This document shows positions 26,579-40,900 of a DNA stretch of 64,000 nucleotides, one piece after another. The stretch lies in the NCBI GenBank assembly GCA_001949185.1, contig BDGG01000008.1, positions 1,178,001 to 1,242,000 of the forward strand, written 5' to 3'. The position numbers and the translations under genes are program-made. Numbering within the stretch: position 1 is the first letter of the stretch; each line of letters opens with the position of its first letter. Below the pieces are notes generated by a model, which worked only from the letters and a program-made list of their open reading frames with translations, ran no database searches and had not been told where the DNA came from. This stretch comes from Ramazzottius varieornatus. Taxonomy: Eukaryota; Animalia; Tardigrada.

Positions 26579-27379
26579 GTCTTTGTTAAACTGAAGTTAT
26601 TCGGTGTGCCCCGGGCGAAGCTGGAAGCCGCTCGCAATCGAAAGCGGACTCGGAAACAACAGCTCTGCCGACAAGCCGCGAAGTCTTGGCGGCATCAGGA
26701 ACAACAAAATGCACTGATTGTCGAGCTCTTGGAAAAGCTCGATCAACTTCGAAGAACCCTGCTTGGGGAGAATGCAACCGACGAGGAGCTGAAATCTACG
26801 TCTGACGGAGCAAGTGAACGTCGTTCGGTAATTCCAGTCGCTGAGAGGAAAGCTCGGCTTGGCAAGGAAAGAAGCGCATCGCAATAAGAGGATTACCCGC
26901 CTCGAGCTGTGACAAAGGCGGAAGCTCGATCAAGCACGCGCCAAACCGGCCTGGAACCCACGAGACGGCGGAGAATTCAGTCGATGAACATGGCTCAACC
27001 TCAGAAACCTCGCAGAGTAAAGACGCGAACGCTTGTGTCGATCCAGTTGACGGGACCGCCGCCTCGACTAACGACGCTAAGCTCGTACAGCAGCTACTGT
27101 AGATGAATGCAGGCTATTGAGCAACAACTCGAGCGGGACCGAGCTGAGCAGGTCTCAGAAATTCAAGGTTTTAAGAACGAAAAAGAGCGATTCACTAAAA
27201 TTCGTTTGGATTCAAAAGAGTTTTCCGAGCCCTATAGCCAGAATGAACGGATGGAAAAGGTAAGGCATGCGCAGATTACCGAAACCACAAACGGAAAAAC
27301 GTCATCCGTGATGTCTTTTGTTCTGCAGATTCAAGGGATAGTCGCGAAAACCTCTAGCGCCACTGAGCAAGAGCCATAA
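26579..27379 (+). CDS. Shorter paralog C (coiled-coil exon plus downstream exons); 5' end unresolved
   Basis: Phase-0 exon VFVKLKLFGVPRAKLEAARNRKRTRKQQLCRQAAKSWRHQEQQNALIVELLEKLDQL aligns with the A and B coiled-coil exons. Confidence 0.5.
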
Positions 27380-27502
27380 GATCGAAACTTTGAATACCAA
27401 TACTTAAACCTTTCTTAGCTGAACCTCAGACCAGGTTTTCTGGTATTCCAAATGACAGTATCGCATGCAAATCGCAAACTTGCCAATCTACTAGGAGATA
27501 TT

Positions 27503-29563
27503 TCACCTGTATTTTTTGAACATGTCGAAAAACTGATAGTCCTTCTCCGCTTGTTTCTTACTATAGAAGAACTTCAAGTGCTTCTTTTTATACTGCTTCC
27601 ACGTCTCCAACGCCAGCCAGTCTTCCAATATTTGCTCGTCCGAAGGTATGGCGTCCTCCAAGTCCGCTTTCAGGTCCTCCAAAAACTGTACCCTGTTGGC
27701 TTTCTCGAATACCGACCGCGGTATAGTCAAGCACTCCACCATCGTCAGCGCTATAATATGCGTCCTCCTCAGATCTTCCCCTACCCCAAAGTAATCGCCT
27801 TCTTTGAACTCTGTAATGAACAAATGACGGCCTTCCAACTCCGGATGGTTCTTCAACTGCGAAGGCGGCAACCACCTCCGTTCGTCATCAGCTTCCAACG
27901 ATTGATACATCAACGTCTTGTTCTTTCCAAAGTACAACCTCTCTAGTATCACATCCTTGACCATGGCACAACGACCCTTTTGTACAATGTAGGTGAAGGC
28001 TGACTGACCAGACACATCCGATAAGATGGGCTTGTTCTGTCCGAAAGCAATGACTGATGAGTTTTCGTTCAAAATCCGCAGTTCGGCATCGGACCAGGAA
28101 GCGAACATTTGGGCACTCTGTAGTACGGCGAAGCGGTCTGCCCAAATGGCTTCGAAGGAAGTGCGGAGAATCTCGTTGAAGGGGTCTTCGTCCACTCGAA
28201 GGAGCTCGACGTCACCTTGGGTCACTCCCGTACTCCTTCGTTCGTCGTTGTTGAGCAGCTCGATCTCCCCGATGATGCTACTGGGGCCACGCACTCCCAG
28301 TGGGTAGTAGTTGGTCCGGCCGCTTCGTGGGTCCGAATCGCTGGCTTTGAAGTTGACACTGCCGGTCAGGATAAAGTACATGGAGTAGGGTTCGTGGCCT
28401 TGACGAAGCCTGCAAATTAACACAAAAACCTACAACCCTGTATACATTAACCCTACTGTATGTTCAAGACAAGAAAGGGAAAAAAAACATGTGGAAAGAG
28501 ATGACCTCTAAACAAAAGCAACAAAGGAACTTCGTACCGCACTTCGTCATCTCCGTTGTTCTTATCGCACAAACCAGGATGTTATTTGGATGTTCAGACA
28601 ATCTTGAACAACAGAAACTTCCACCATTAAAATTTTCGTTCCATAGAATCAAGGCATGGTAGAAGCTGAGTCGATTTTTCACAATGTCGATTACAGTACA
28701 GTAGTATCAGCAAGCAATCGAGATCAAACTTACAGAACGCGTCCGTCATCGAAAGTGTCATATCGCGCCCAGACTGCCAACTGTTGCCTCACCGGCGGCG
28801 CGAACTTGTCGAAGCACTTGTAGCGTTCCAGAATCCTCGTGATAGTCTGAATATCTTCCACCGTCCTTCCAATGGGATGCACATTCAAGGCCGTCTTTTC
28901 CTCTTCCGTTAGCCCACTCAGCACCCTCTTACTCGAGAAGAAGTCGCTGACTTTGAAAAAGACCTGCTTCTCCTCCCCGCTACTCGGGTCCTTGTAAGTT
29001 GTCTCGAAGCCGCGATATGCATCCCCACGCCTATTGTCCTTCGCCCATCGCAGGTTCATCATGACTACTCTAGCCAAAGCCCGAAGCTTGATGACAGCAG
29101 GCGGCTCGTACTCGGGTTCGCTGTCATCGTCTGGCTCGGATTCGTCAGTCTCGCCCGGCAGCGACCATTCGGGGTCCTCAAAGTCGGACGGGATGCGTGC
29201 CATCAAGTCTTCGATGGTCAACCTGCGCTTCTTACCTTCATCCATACCGATAGCTTGAGCACTGGTCATGGGGGATGCTTCGGATGTTTCCTCGTGCTCG
29301 GACTTGTCCGAGTCATCGTAATCGTCGTCAGTCTCGGTGGGTTCCTGACTATCGCCTTCCTCGGCTGAAGTGTCGCCTGCTCTATCGACGGATTTCGCTT
29401 TCTGTTCCTTTGAGGCTTTTGAAGCGTCAGGGGGACTACTTTGCGAATCACCAGCATTGTCTTTCTTGGTATCATCATTGGGAGGACGCCTGGGCTGATC
29501 ATTGCTCACTGCGGATGAACCTACAACACGATCACTATTGACGTTCTCTTTTCGACTAGACAT
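27503..29563 (-). CDS. Cyclic nucleotide-binding domain protein (CNBD2-like); exons 29563-~28733 and 28410-27503
   Basis: FDDGRVL|LRQGHEPYSMYFILTGSV, IIGEIELLNNDERRSTG, second CNB domain with FKEGDYFG; acidic disordered N-terminus. Confidence 0.85.
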
Positions 29564-29975
29564 TTTATTTTCGTAAAGTTTCCATAGTTGCCTATAAAAG
29601 ACAGAGAAACTGCTATTTTTCCATCCACCTGTAGCTTCGGGAAAATCATAGAACGAAGCTAATGTCGTAGATATTTCATCTCCTTGCTATGAGAAAACAT
29701 CGCGGAAGTCAGAGATCGTACTATTGATACATCCAAAATTGTTTTCTGGACAGCGGTTCTTCATCTATGATGAAAAAAAAGATGTTTACAAACAGCAATA
29801 TTGTGCGAAAGTGTATAAAACAGTAGTTTTACTGTGACGACTATATTTAGATGGGGAAACAGTACCACGGTGAGGCATTCTCCCCGGATGAAGACGGACA
29901 GGATTTAAACATAGCGCAACAGGTCGCGAGGAATATTCTGATCCCATCAGCAGGTATCCATCCAGGGGACGAGGG

Positions 29976-30374
29976 TTAGTACCTACCGTAAAACAGAAGT
30001 GCGTAAATATCACATTGAAAAATGGGAAGCGAATTATGGACGTACGTTTTCTTGAAGCCATATTTTTTCCGCTCGTAAAAAAGATCGGTTTTGGCGCTGC
30101 CTAGGTTGACGATCTTCGGACATCCGTCTCGGTCCTTCTCGACGATAGTACATTCCTTACAGTAATAGGCATCCGATACTCCTGGACCTCCACAAATCAC
30201 ACATCGTCCTTGGTATGAGCCATAATTGCATTCGTCGCAGATGCGCACTAACGTTGATGGCCGGACATACGAGTCGCATATAACGCACTTGCCGTCGCAC
30301 TTCTCGCAGAGTCGTCCGATAGCCACTCCAGGCTGTTTCCGACAGAAGATCAGATCGGGATGATGCTTGGCCAT
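29976..30374 (-). CDS. PHF5A: PHD finger-like domain protein 5A (SF3b subunit); probable in-frame intron 29983-30045
   Basis: [39 protein letters not shown]...[10 protein letters not shown], a near-invariant sequence. Confidence 0.98.
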   Translation of the reverse strand: MAKHHPDLIFCRKQPGVAIGRLCEKCDGKCVICDSYVRPSTLVRICDECNYGSYQGRCVICGGPGVSDAYYCKECTIVEKDRDGCPKIVNLGSAKTDLFYERKKYGFKKTYVHNSLPIFQCDIYALLFYGRY

Positions 30375-30896
30375 CTTATCGCCGGAAGATTTTGTGACTT
30401 GAGAAAACTGTAAGGAGCAACAACAGATCCACTGGAAGATTACGAAGAACGAGGTGGAAGAAGCTCAAAAAGACTAGGAGAAAAAGAGTTTTCGAACAAT
30501 CAAGTTTGCTCAATCAAGCATAATCATCGCCAAATGGTAACAGTTTATCGCAATCTCGGTAGCAAACATCTTCATCGATTGCGAAATAGCAACGAAGCCG
30601 TTAAGTGTCAAGCTGATAACAGTTCCTGTGGTTGTGAGTCAATGTTCTAGAGTTAGATTCCGCGCATTTGATACCGGACATCTTTCTGCGATACCAACTA
30701 CTGGAACAGGACTGAGAATCGCGTCAACGATACAAAAGGCTTCAGGAAGTTGGTCGGCCAAGACCACGGTCTGCCCGTGAGGATCAAGCAGGTTTGTTCT
30801 TTATACACGCGCGACTTCCGGTTGCATCCGCTATTCGCATCGAGGGACTAACCACATTCTTCCCATGTTTTCAGTTGTGGATAAAGAGCTTCAAAC
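30375..30896. promoter_or_regulatory. Bidirectional promoter region PHF5A/DDX47
   Basis: Head-to-head starts about 520 bp apart; GACTTCCGGT (ETS-like) near 30814. Confidence 0.5.
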
Positions 30897-33866
30897 ATGG
30901 AAAAGCCGTTGGATGATGATGCGGCTGTGGGAGAAAGCGTCGAAACGATAGAGAATGCCTCCGAACCTGTAACTTTTCAGTCCTTGGTGAGTCCAGAGTC
31001 TAAAGTTGATGAATCGAAGCATCATGCGTATACTGTACTTTCGAATATGGCTGTAGTATAGAGACTCTTGTTATGTTCTATTGTCCAACTTCAGATACGG
31101 ACAACTGCACCTCTTGACTTTGCAGGGAGTTGTCGATGTTTTGTGCGAAGCATGCGCCGCCCTCGGATGGAATACTCCTACCAAGATTCAGAGGGAGACA
31201 CTACCTGTGGCCCTAGAAGGTATGTGAAGTAATTGAAGACAGCTTTCGTAAGGTGTTTTGAATTTGCGACAAACATCATCGTCGCTTAATATCATCGGGC
31301 TTTACAGGCAAAGACATCATCGCACTTGCCGAGACCGGTTCGGGCAAGACCGGCGCCTTCGCCATTCCCATCATCCAGAGTCTTCTGGCGGCGCCTCAAC
31401 GAATGTACGCCTTGGTCCTGACTCCGACCCGAGAACTAGCCTTGCAGATCTCCCAGCAGTTCCTAGCCTTGGGAAGCTCAATGGGCCTGAAATGCGGTAA
31501 GACTTCGGAGCTCTCCTGTTCCTTTCGAGTCCTACACGGGCGGTTTCTGCGACCATAACAAAAGACTCAATGTTTACCGTTACAGCGGTGATCATCGGAG
31601 GGAACGACCTCAACGAGCAGAAAAAGGAGCTGGCGTTGGAACCGCACATCATAATCGGTGGGTACCAATCGTCGACGGTTCTTGCACAGTCGTTTTCTTT
31701 TGAGTTATAGTTTTGTAGAGAACATTTCGTTTTTCAGCCACACCCGGACGTTTGGTGGACCATCTCGAGAACATGAAAGGATTCAGCCTCAAAAAGATTA
31801 AATATCTAGTCATGGACGAAGCTGACAGAATACTCAACATGGATTTCGAGACAGAGGTATGTCATACGGTTGGTTGGTTTCAGATTAACGGAAGCTGGTC
31901 GAACATTAAATTCGGTGGATGCATTATATTAGCAATGCAATGTATCGTGCAGGTTGACAAGATTCTACACGCGATACCGAAAAACCGGAAGACGTATCTG
32001 TTCTCTGCCACGATGACGACCAAGGTGAGTTTGGCTGGCTCAGCCTGGCTGAAACTTGCAGGAACTGTGCGAGACCTTGCGACATGTCTTATAGTGCGTG
32101 TCCGCTGTGGTGTAGCTTGTTGTCTAGACCGCATCGTTCACAAACATACTAAGCCCGGCTTTGAGGTACTTGCTGCTTCCTGAGTTATGGGGAATTTGAA
32201 GAGCCCACGGGGTTTCTCTGCTAGATGAATAAATATTGATACGAATACGATAACCGGAAGTGACTATGTTTCAGGTGGCGAAACTTCAGCGAGCTTGCTT
32301 GAAAGATCCAGTGAAGGTCGAAGTATCTTCCAAGTACCAAACCGTAGAAAAGCTCATACAGAACTACATCTTCGTCCCGCTAAAATTCAAGGCAAGTTGC
32401 CAGAGCTTAAGAAACCCGTAGCTTTAATATGATAGATAATAAGCGATCTTGTGAGCCTGTGTCAATGTTTTTGTTGTTTTCTTGCAGGACGTTTACCTGG
32501 TTCACATCCTCCGTGAGCTGGCCGGCTGCTCTTTCATGATCTTTTGTGCAACTTGTAACAACACGCAACGCTTGGCGTTCATGCTGAGGAGCCTAGGCTT
32601 CACGGCGATACCGCTGCATGGTCAAATGAGCCAGGTACCGTCGGATAATATGAATCAATTTAAAACTCTCACATGGCCTTACAGGTCGTATCGCCTTTCT
32701 CAATCTTTGTCAACTGAATACCATGGGCTCTTTCTTTGCAGAATAAGCGATCAGGCGCTCTCAACAAATTCAAGGGCAAGAGAAGTGAAATGTTAATTGC
32801 CACCGATGTCGCAAGCAGGTCAGACCAATCTGTTACTTGATAACTGGAAGAAAACACTGAAAAAATGAAATATGAATATTTGAAACAAATTCCAAAATAT
32901 GAGAAATGTTACAGTAATTTATTATTATTTAGACGTTTCAGAGGCCAGCGGACGAGACGGGCAAGATCGTTGTCTTCAGTGGCGTACTCTAGTCAATACA
33001 ATGAAAACGTGCGCCGCTCGAGACAGCGCTCTTGTAAGTTTCGGTTGCAGGCCTTCCCATTCGAATTAAATTCACCTTCCACTGTTTTAGGGGGTTAGAT
33101 ATTCCGCACGTTGATGTAGTCATTAACTTTGATATTCCAACACACTCCAAAGACTACATTCACCGGGTGGGAAGAACAGCACGTGCTGGTCGTGCCGGGC
33201 GGTCAATCACTTTCGTTACACAGTAAGTGGGAACATTTTCTTCTCTGTCGACCGTACCTCTAAAAGTAAATATTTTCCAATCGGCAAATTGGTCAAACCA
33301 ATAATTCCTTATTGATTCGCCATGAGGCCATTGGCTACCTTCAGCAGCCTCCAATGAAACCAGACCGGAGAAACTCGATAGACCGAAATCTGAGTTTGAT
33401 TGAATTGCTGCTTTGAGTCAACTCGTAGGATGTTTAGATTTGTGCGGCACAGTGTCGGTGAGATGATCGAATTCTACTGATAGCTTTGATTCTGTTTATC
33501 AGGTATGACGTGGAGCTGTACCAAAGAATAGAACATCTCATCGGGAAGAAACTCCCCTTGTACGAAACCGCCGAAGACGAAGTGATGGTCTGGGTCGAGA
33601 GCGTTACTCGAGCTCAACATCACGCGAGGCAGGAAATGAAGGAGCTGGACGAGAAGAAACGCGGAAGTAAGCGGAAAGGCAACGATGATGCGGGGGAAGA
33701 CACCGAACAGTCTCTTGGAGTGCAGCAGAAGATCAAGAAAAGAATGGGAGGTCGCGGTGGCAAGACAAGCGGAAGTGGTGGACGAAGAGGCTTACAGAAC
33801 GGCAGGGGTGGAGGTCTTGCTGGCGGAAGAGGAGGTTTCAAGAAGAAAAGAGGACATGGTCATTAA
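30897..33866 (+). CDS. DDX47: DEAD-box RNA helicase DDX47/Rrp3, multi-exon
   Basis: [87 protein letters not shown], basic G/R-rich tail. Confidence 0.95.
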
Positions 33867-34932
33867 TTATTGATATGCTTTTTTCTAGAATATTCTGACC
33901 AGATTTTCTCATTGGTTCTTCGGCGGTATGATTTTAGTTTCCGCTTGGATGATTTGAACAGGGGGCTGAACAATGAAGTCATTATACTGTATTGTTTCAG
34001 TGATTTACAACTACAAAGAGTCGTTTGACAACAAGTTGCGTCTCGAAGTCCTGTTTGTTTGGGTGCGCGTGTTCGTTCACGTTCGCAGTGGAGCTGGTAT
34101 TTGCTTGATGAGACTGCCGAGGACGGCGCTTTCTACTAGGTGCTCAATCAGAGTTCGCTTACCATTATGTGATAAGTTTTATTTGTTTGTCGAGCCGGGT
34201 AATCAGTACTACACTCTGGAGAAGCTAAGTGATAGCGCGAGCCGGTGACAGGCTGCGAAGGAATGCGAGCTAGACTACGAACCCGAAGGCGATACTCCTT
34301 CCGGCTGCCTCCCCTCTGCGAATAAATTTGTCGAGTGATATTCTAGCGTTACCAGCCTCTCTGTTTGACGCACAACATTACGGAAAACAATCAGTCGTTT
34401 TGCGGTTTTTCAAGACTTTTTCTGGGGTACCCGACAGTGAACGGTGACTTCCGCCTGTTCATGCTGTAGTAAACAGTCCTTACATACCAGCTTACTCTCA
34501 ACGTGTCATCGTGTCATGTATATGGTCAGTTTGCTGTGTGCTTGACCTGACAGCCTGACAAACAAGGTATGGAGGGGTTGGCCTTCACCTGCAACCGCAA
34601 GCCCACCTTCCAGACAGCGGGGACCAATCAATGATTCAGGAATTACATTAGCCACCATGCGCGCGTGTCTCTCGATCTTTTCCTCTTCTGGTCCAACTCG
34701 TCGAAAACATGATGTTGCCCGATCCGCAGGTAGCCACAGTCGCTCAGTCTACTCTTTCTCGCTGCAGCTTTCATCGTTTCCTCCGAGTTTACCCACCACC
34801 ACGTCGCTTTGAGCCGAGAATGCGTGGATTCAGCGCATTGTTGCCATTTTAACCACACATTTCGATGATGCTATGTGCTGCGTGATTGCGGAATAGTTCC
34901 TGGACAATTGCTGATTGGTGATACTTTTTACC

Positions 34933-37900
34933 ATGAATAAAATATGGCGCTTTTTGAGCGGACGGCGGTCAAGCAAGGGAGTACGCCTACACAATGGCCC
35001 CGACACCATCCAGCCTCCCAAAGGCACGGTGGAATGCAACATCGTCCTGTTGGATGGCACTGCTATGAAAATCCACATCCCTGTAAGTACAGTAATATTG
35101 AATCTTCACCCGTATAGTACCCCGTAAATTGTGCGATCCCATGACGGACCAAAAGCGGCGGAAGCTACTGTAATAAATATTGGGAGACCTTGTGTGTCAG
35201 GACTCAGGGGGAATAATTCGAACCAGCACAATTCACATGTTGCGCTTCAAGGTGAAATCTTGCACTATGGACGCACTGATCGTGTGCGCATTCCGTGTGT
35301 GCTTTGTGCGCGGCGCAGCACATATCGATTGATTGGGTCGACCAGTGTCCAGTTCTTGATTGGGTTTTCCAGATTGGATACGAGTTTCTTCGTATTCGAC
35401 AAAGGGACTACGCTTCGATTTCGACGGTCTTCTTCCGTCGTATTCGCAGGGGAAACACAAACAAGTAAGAAGAACTTTCAGAAAGGCAAAGACCAGGGGA
35501 GGAAGGAGGAAAAGCAGGAGGAACAATGAGGATGATGTTTGCGTTGATGATTTGCGTGACGTGCTTTATGGCTTTGATGAATTCAGCCTTCCTTGTCATT
35601 GTGTATCTGTCGACGTAATTTCACATCTGCTGAAGCTTGAAGCGGATCTGAACAAAAGGATTGATGCAGACAATGAGAGTCGTCCGAATGTTTTTTACCT
35701 TTGTAGCGGTCCTTTGGCTAGGGGAAATACCTCGCACAGTGGCCGGTATTGTACCAGGATGGCGTTACAGCACGCCAGGTATTTGGACAGAGTGAGTTGA
35801 GGGTTGGTTTCTCGGCTCTCTTTAGCAGGTTCTTTGGAGCTTGCTGACCAGTTTGGCCATCTCTACAGTCTGCATCAACGGTGAGTGCTGCTTACCAAGG
35901 ACATTTTTTCTGCTTCATTTCTGCTGTGATGGCCGTTACTGGCACTTATTTCTCGTCTTTATTGGCAGGTACATGTCCTCAACGCTTCGCGGACCACAGT
36001 AGTCTCTCACGTGTAGCACTAGCTCGCAAAGGCCCTGCGGCCAGTCTGTTTTCGTCCAGCTGTGCATGAAGAACATCGACTGCCACAAAGAGTAATGGGT
36101 CCTTCTTTCTTTATGGAAAAACGTGATGAAAAAGAACAACTATCAAAGGCTTCTTGAAACAGGAAAATGACTTTTATGGCTGTCTGGCGTCTGCTGGTTA
36201 AACATGTGTCATTGACGCCGAGGTCGATACTGCACACAGTTCGGAAACATTAGATTTGGTGCGGCAGGATGAGGGCCAGCAGCGAAGCGAAAACAGATTG
36301 ACGTGAGGTCTAATCGAGATAACTGCTTGATTGATTAGGCCGGAGCTTTGACTGAATCTGAGGGTACAAATTTTTGGGTTCGGTGCAGTCGAAGAGCCCC
36401 AAAACTTCGGTCCAGAAGCAACAAGGAAGTGCCCATAGAACAAAAAGTTAATCGAGCAGACAAAAACACCTGCAATCAAAGATCAACGCCGCACACCCAG
36501 GATTCGTTTGAAGTGCGGTTGATTGGGTTGATTTTGTCAGGGTTTTCCGGGTGCATTGTTTTTTTAGGAAATCGTTTCGTCTTTTGTTGTTTTATCGGTT
36601 CTTGACAGTCAACAAAGTCGTCAGAATTAGATTAATCGATCAAATGTCAGATTGCATGATACTAATCAAACAGAATTATGCGTCGAAAGGAATGGAAATT
36701 GGGCAGTCGTTAGGAAATAATAAGCATTGAAGTGTTGCTTGTTGCTCCAAATTCTTGTACGCTTCTGCAGAGTTTTCGATCGCGATCAGTAAAGTGAAGC
36801 ACTTCTGACGCCTTGAATAATTTATGCTTTCATTACTGACATACAGAAGTATTCTTTGGAATCGCGGACGAGAAAACTTGAAAAGGATTCAGGAAGCTGA
36901 GAGCTTCGAAAGATAAATGGTCGTGTTTTCGAGTTCTTTTATGAGCTGGTGTTATTCATCGTGAACGACAACGTGCGAAAAAACCGAGTGGTGGTTTTAT
37001 GACGGAAGACTAGACTGGTCGGGTACGCGTACTGTAACGCGGTGAAATAAGTCTTCAACCAGCGGTCAAGCATGGCGCCGGATGGTCATTGTTGATGGGT
37101 GCTGAATTCAATACCTCTTTCGAGTTTGGAATTTACAATTCACACCATCCGATGGCGGACATGCATGGTGCTCGAATACATACCGTAATGCGATGATAAC
37201 CTGTTTGCCTTGCTTCTTACGCACGACACGCCAAGTCTACTGTCAACTTTCGAACTGGTGTACCATTTAAACCACAATTCAGAGTCGTGCAGGAAAGGGG
37301 CGGAGACTTTACCGTGCAGCGGTCGGTGCGCATATTGTATGCATATTTACCTTTGAGTGAATAGCAGTCGCGTCTTTACATGTGCACACTAAGCATTTTG
37401 ATGCCAGCCAATGGAAGCAGTGCGGCGCGGTTTGCGCTTGACCAGTGCAAAAGTTGCCGACTGCTTGTAAGACGAGTTCGAAATTTAGTTTCCGTGTTGG
37501 GAGGATCTCTTACATTGAACTGCAGACGCATCTGCCTCCGCGGACATGTACCGACTCATTCACGTCACGCCGATCATTGTTTTGAATCAAAATTCGTGTC
37601 CGGCCAACAGGAAATTAAACCCAGGTTTAGTGGTCGATGAAACGCATGAAAGCGCGGATCGATGACCATCATAGTAATTTGAGATGTCCACCTACACCCT
37701 CTTTCTGAATTCCGGCTTTCGTGCTGTCCCTTGCTTCCTTGCTCTCGCATAAAGTTCGCAACAAGACTATCTATTTCATTCCGAGATTCCAGGCCATGGA
37801 GTTGGAACAGGGCGAACAAAATGGCTTTTCGCGTAAAATCGAAAGCATCGGTAGTTTGTAATGTGGAGAATGTCGTTAGGCTTATCTTATCGCAACTCGC

Positions 37901-40900
37901 AAGCGCGGCCTTAGAGTTCGCGAGCTTCTGTTTGCGTTTTTATTTATAGGCTTTTTGACTCCGATTTACAAGGAAAGGAAACGCCTGCTGATCAAACTGG
38001 TGTTATCACCTACTCGTACACAAAATGCATTACAACATTTTTATGGATAGTGTTATCGTTTACACAGTACAGCCATCGCTTATCGGCAACATCAAAATAG
38101 CAAACAAAATGTGCGCTCGAATTCTTGGATAAATATCGGAATTCGGCCTGTCGTTCTTCCATAATTCTACCCAGTTTCAAAGGCCGAAACAAATCCCGAC
38201 ATCCAAGAGTTAAACAAGGAAGTTGGATCGTTCCGTCGTGGCTTCCTTTACAACATGAGTTTAGGATTTCGTGTCAGTGAACTTTGGAGGTTCATCTGTC
38301 AAGTTTCCCAGTTTGACTTGAAGGAGGAAGTGGATCGATGGATAGGAAAAGGTGGGGTAGATTTAGAAGTGTGCGGTATATCTGTCAAAGGTGGACAGTC
38401 CAGCATCACAAGTGTTAATTTAGACCTCCTTGAGAAGCCACTTATTTACGTCTTTCTTATCGTATGTCCAACTACGTGACCAAATCCAACAGCCTCGACC
38501 AGGCCAGAACAAACAAGTACGCAATTGTGTTTGTACCTGTGCTGAGACTTACTCGTTCGGAACAACGACGAGCGATTAATCTGGCACGTTCGTTCCCGCT
38601 TCCACAAAGACGATTCGGCTACGGTGCGGTAGATACGAAGTACAATGCGTTTCCCGGGTTCTTCGATTGTTATCATACACGAAGGAGAGGACATAATTCA
38701 GCCGTACACCTTTTTGAAACGTACTGTAAATCTGACGGTTTATGTTTTCGAGCTCAGTGCACCAACTCACCTAAGTTTTCGCGTAGGATGAACAATCAAC
38801 GTATCAATAGTATTGGCCGCAATGCTTAAGTTTTTTCCTCAGAATTACGTCGCAAAAAAGGTACGGCAGATCTATGTCCTCCTCCTCGTATTCGAAGTAC
38901 CCGGCAACAAACTCGCTCCGATCGTTTTCCTGAGTGGCGCACATTTTCAACAATATCGGCTGAAAGGGTGCGCCACTTCGGAAAAGACACACTCAGGTTT
39001 GCCAGCCGAGCTCCCTGGTATCGTAATGATAACGCCGATGATCGAGAAATCTGAATCTTGAACCTGGCCATCTGAATCTAAAGCTTCGTACGGCGACGTG
39101 TGGAAGATTAGCGTATGAGTTTAGAGTTCAGGTTCGGCACTGTGGATGGATTATGGGAGCTTGTAATGGGCGTTGCCTGATAACTTTCACGGCAGATGAG
39201 CGTCTTTTGACCAGATGAAAGAGGGGAGTTATCCGTTGGTAACTGCCGTCAATTGGACAAGCGAACAGTCAAGCTTGACGCGGCGTGGCATAAATGTAGC
39301 GGCGGCCACCTGCTGCCATTCTCAAAAAGGATTTCGCCTATACCAGGCGTTGTCTGAATATGTGCCGTCATGTTCAGATGGATATGACCCAAAGCTTTAA
39401 TACTTCTTGATGACTGCACAAGTTCATCCGCGGCGTGATCGATGTGAAATTAAACCATGTAACTGTTACAATATACTGAAACCACTTGTAGAAAAAGGTA
39501 AAAAACCCAAGCCTAATATTTTTCAGTTTTGAGGCCAGCAAACGAAACGTACAAGATTTCCATGGGGAGTGGCGCACACTGGCAGCCAACAGTACTTAGA
39601 ACGTACGCCACTTGGGAACTCGAAAAGATCGATTTTCCAAGTGGCGCACCCTTCTGGCCAACAATAATAGAGACGTGCGCCACTTTGGTCAGCGGTCTTA
39701 CTCATTTCTGATGCCGGCCTCCCGAGTGATAATTCGCTTGATGGGCCAGTGATGGCGGTTGTATGCGCTTGTTGAAGTGAAGTTGTCGAGATTAAGCAAA
39801 CGGTAAAAAAGCGCTGTCAAGGTCAGGTTAGTTAATTCCGTCGCTGGAAGCCTCAGCGGTACTCTACCTTAGACGGAGAGTCAGCTCCTGACCCGACATC
39901 CGTCATGGGTGGCTCTACTCGATCAAGCGACGCAGATTTATGTGCCATGTTGACGTTTGTGTTGTGCGGCTGACGTGAGGCCGTTCTGCGGTATTGTTTG
40001 AAAGGACTGTGAGCCGATGTTGTGCTGTTTTTTGCTATTTACAGAAACGCGCGCCGGCTCAGGAGCTGATTGATCAAGTGGCCCACGCCCTCGATTTGGT
40101 AGAGAAGGATTACTTTGGATTACAGTTCTCCGATGTCTATCAAGTTTCGGTAAGCAAGCTCTCAAGCTTATTCGTCCCTGTCTCACCTGGTCTTTCTTGT
40201 CAAACATCTTTTCTTTCTTTTTACAGCATTGGTTGGATCCCACCAAAACTGTCAAACATCAGATAAAGAGTAAGAAATTTGGGAACCCAGTCTGACTCAA
40301 AAGCCCTTGCGACATGGGAGTCACGTTTCCTATTTTGCAGTTGGTCCGCCTTTCACACTTCACTTCCGCGTCAAACTTTTCCCGCCGAATCCTCAAAATA
40401 TTCGTGAAGAATTAACGAGGTGAGTTCCTGGTGGTTTTTGTGTGGCAGTGTCTTCGTCACCATTATTCTGATACTGGCTGAAGAGGATTCGTAGCAAAGC
40501 GAGTGGAGGAAACAATCCTGGTTTTCGATGTGCTATATTGCTTGATGTTTGAGATTGGACTGCCTACTGGGATCCTGATCAGGATGCACGGATAATAGCA
40601 CGCTTTTTATTGCAGGTATTACTTTTTCCTACAAATCAAACAGGATATACAAACCGGTCGACTGCCGTGTCCCTTCGACGTCGCTGTTGAACTTGCAGCC
40701 TATATTTTGCAATGTAAGTGCCGTAGAGACCGTACTGCAGGCTTTAGAGCATGTTGAGTGGACATGCCTATTTTGATCTTGCCTTTGATCAATGTCGTAT
40801 CACCCTCTTTTTTACCTGCCTATGTTGCTTTTCGATAACGATGTATCGCTCGAATTAGCCCTTCGACTTCACGTGGGCTGCATCTTATTTCCTTGTTCTA

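Noticed and set aside
35131-39990. Many short ORFs in yurt intron 1
   Set aside because: No recognisable domains or consistent exon chain; alternative first exons cannot be supported without RNA data
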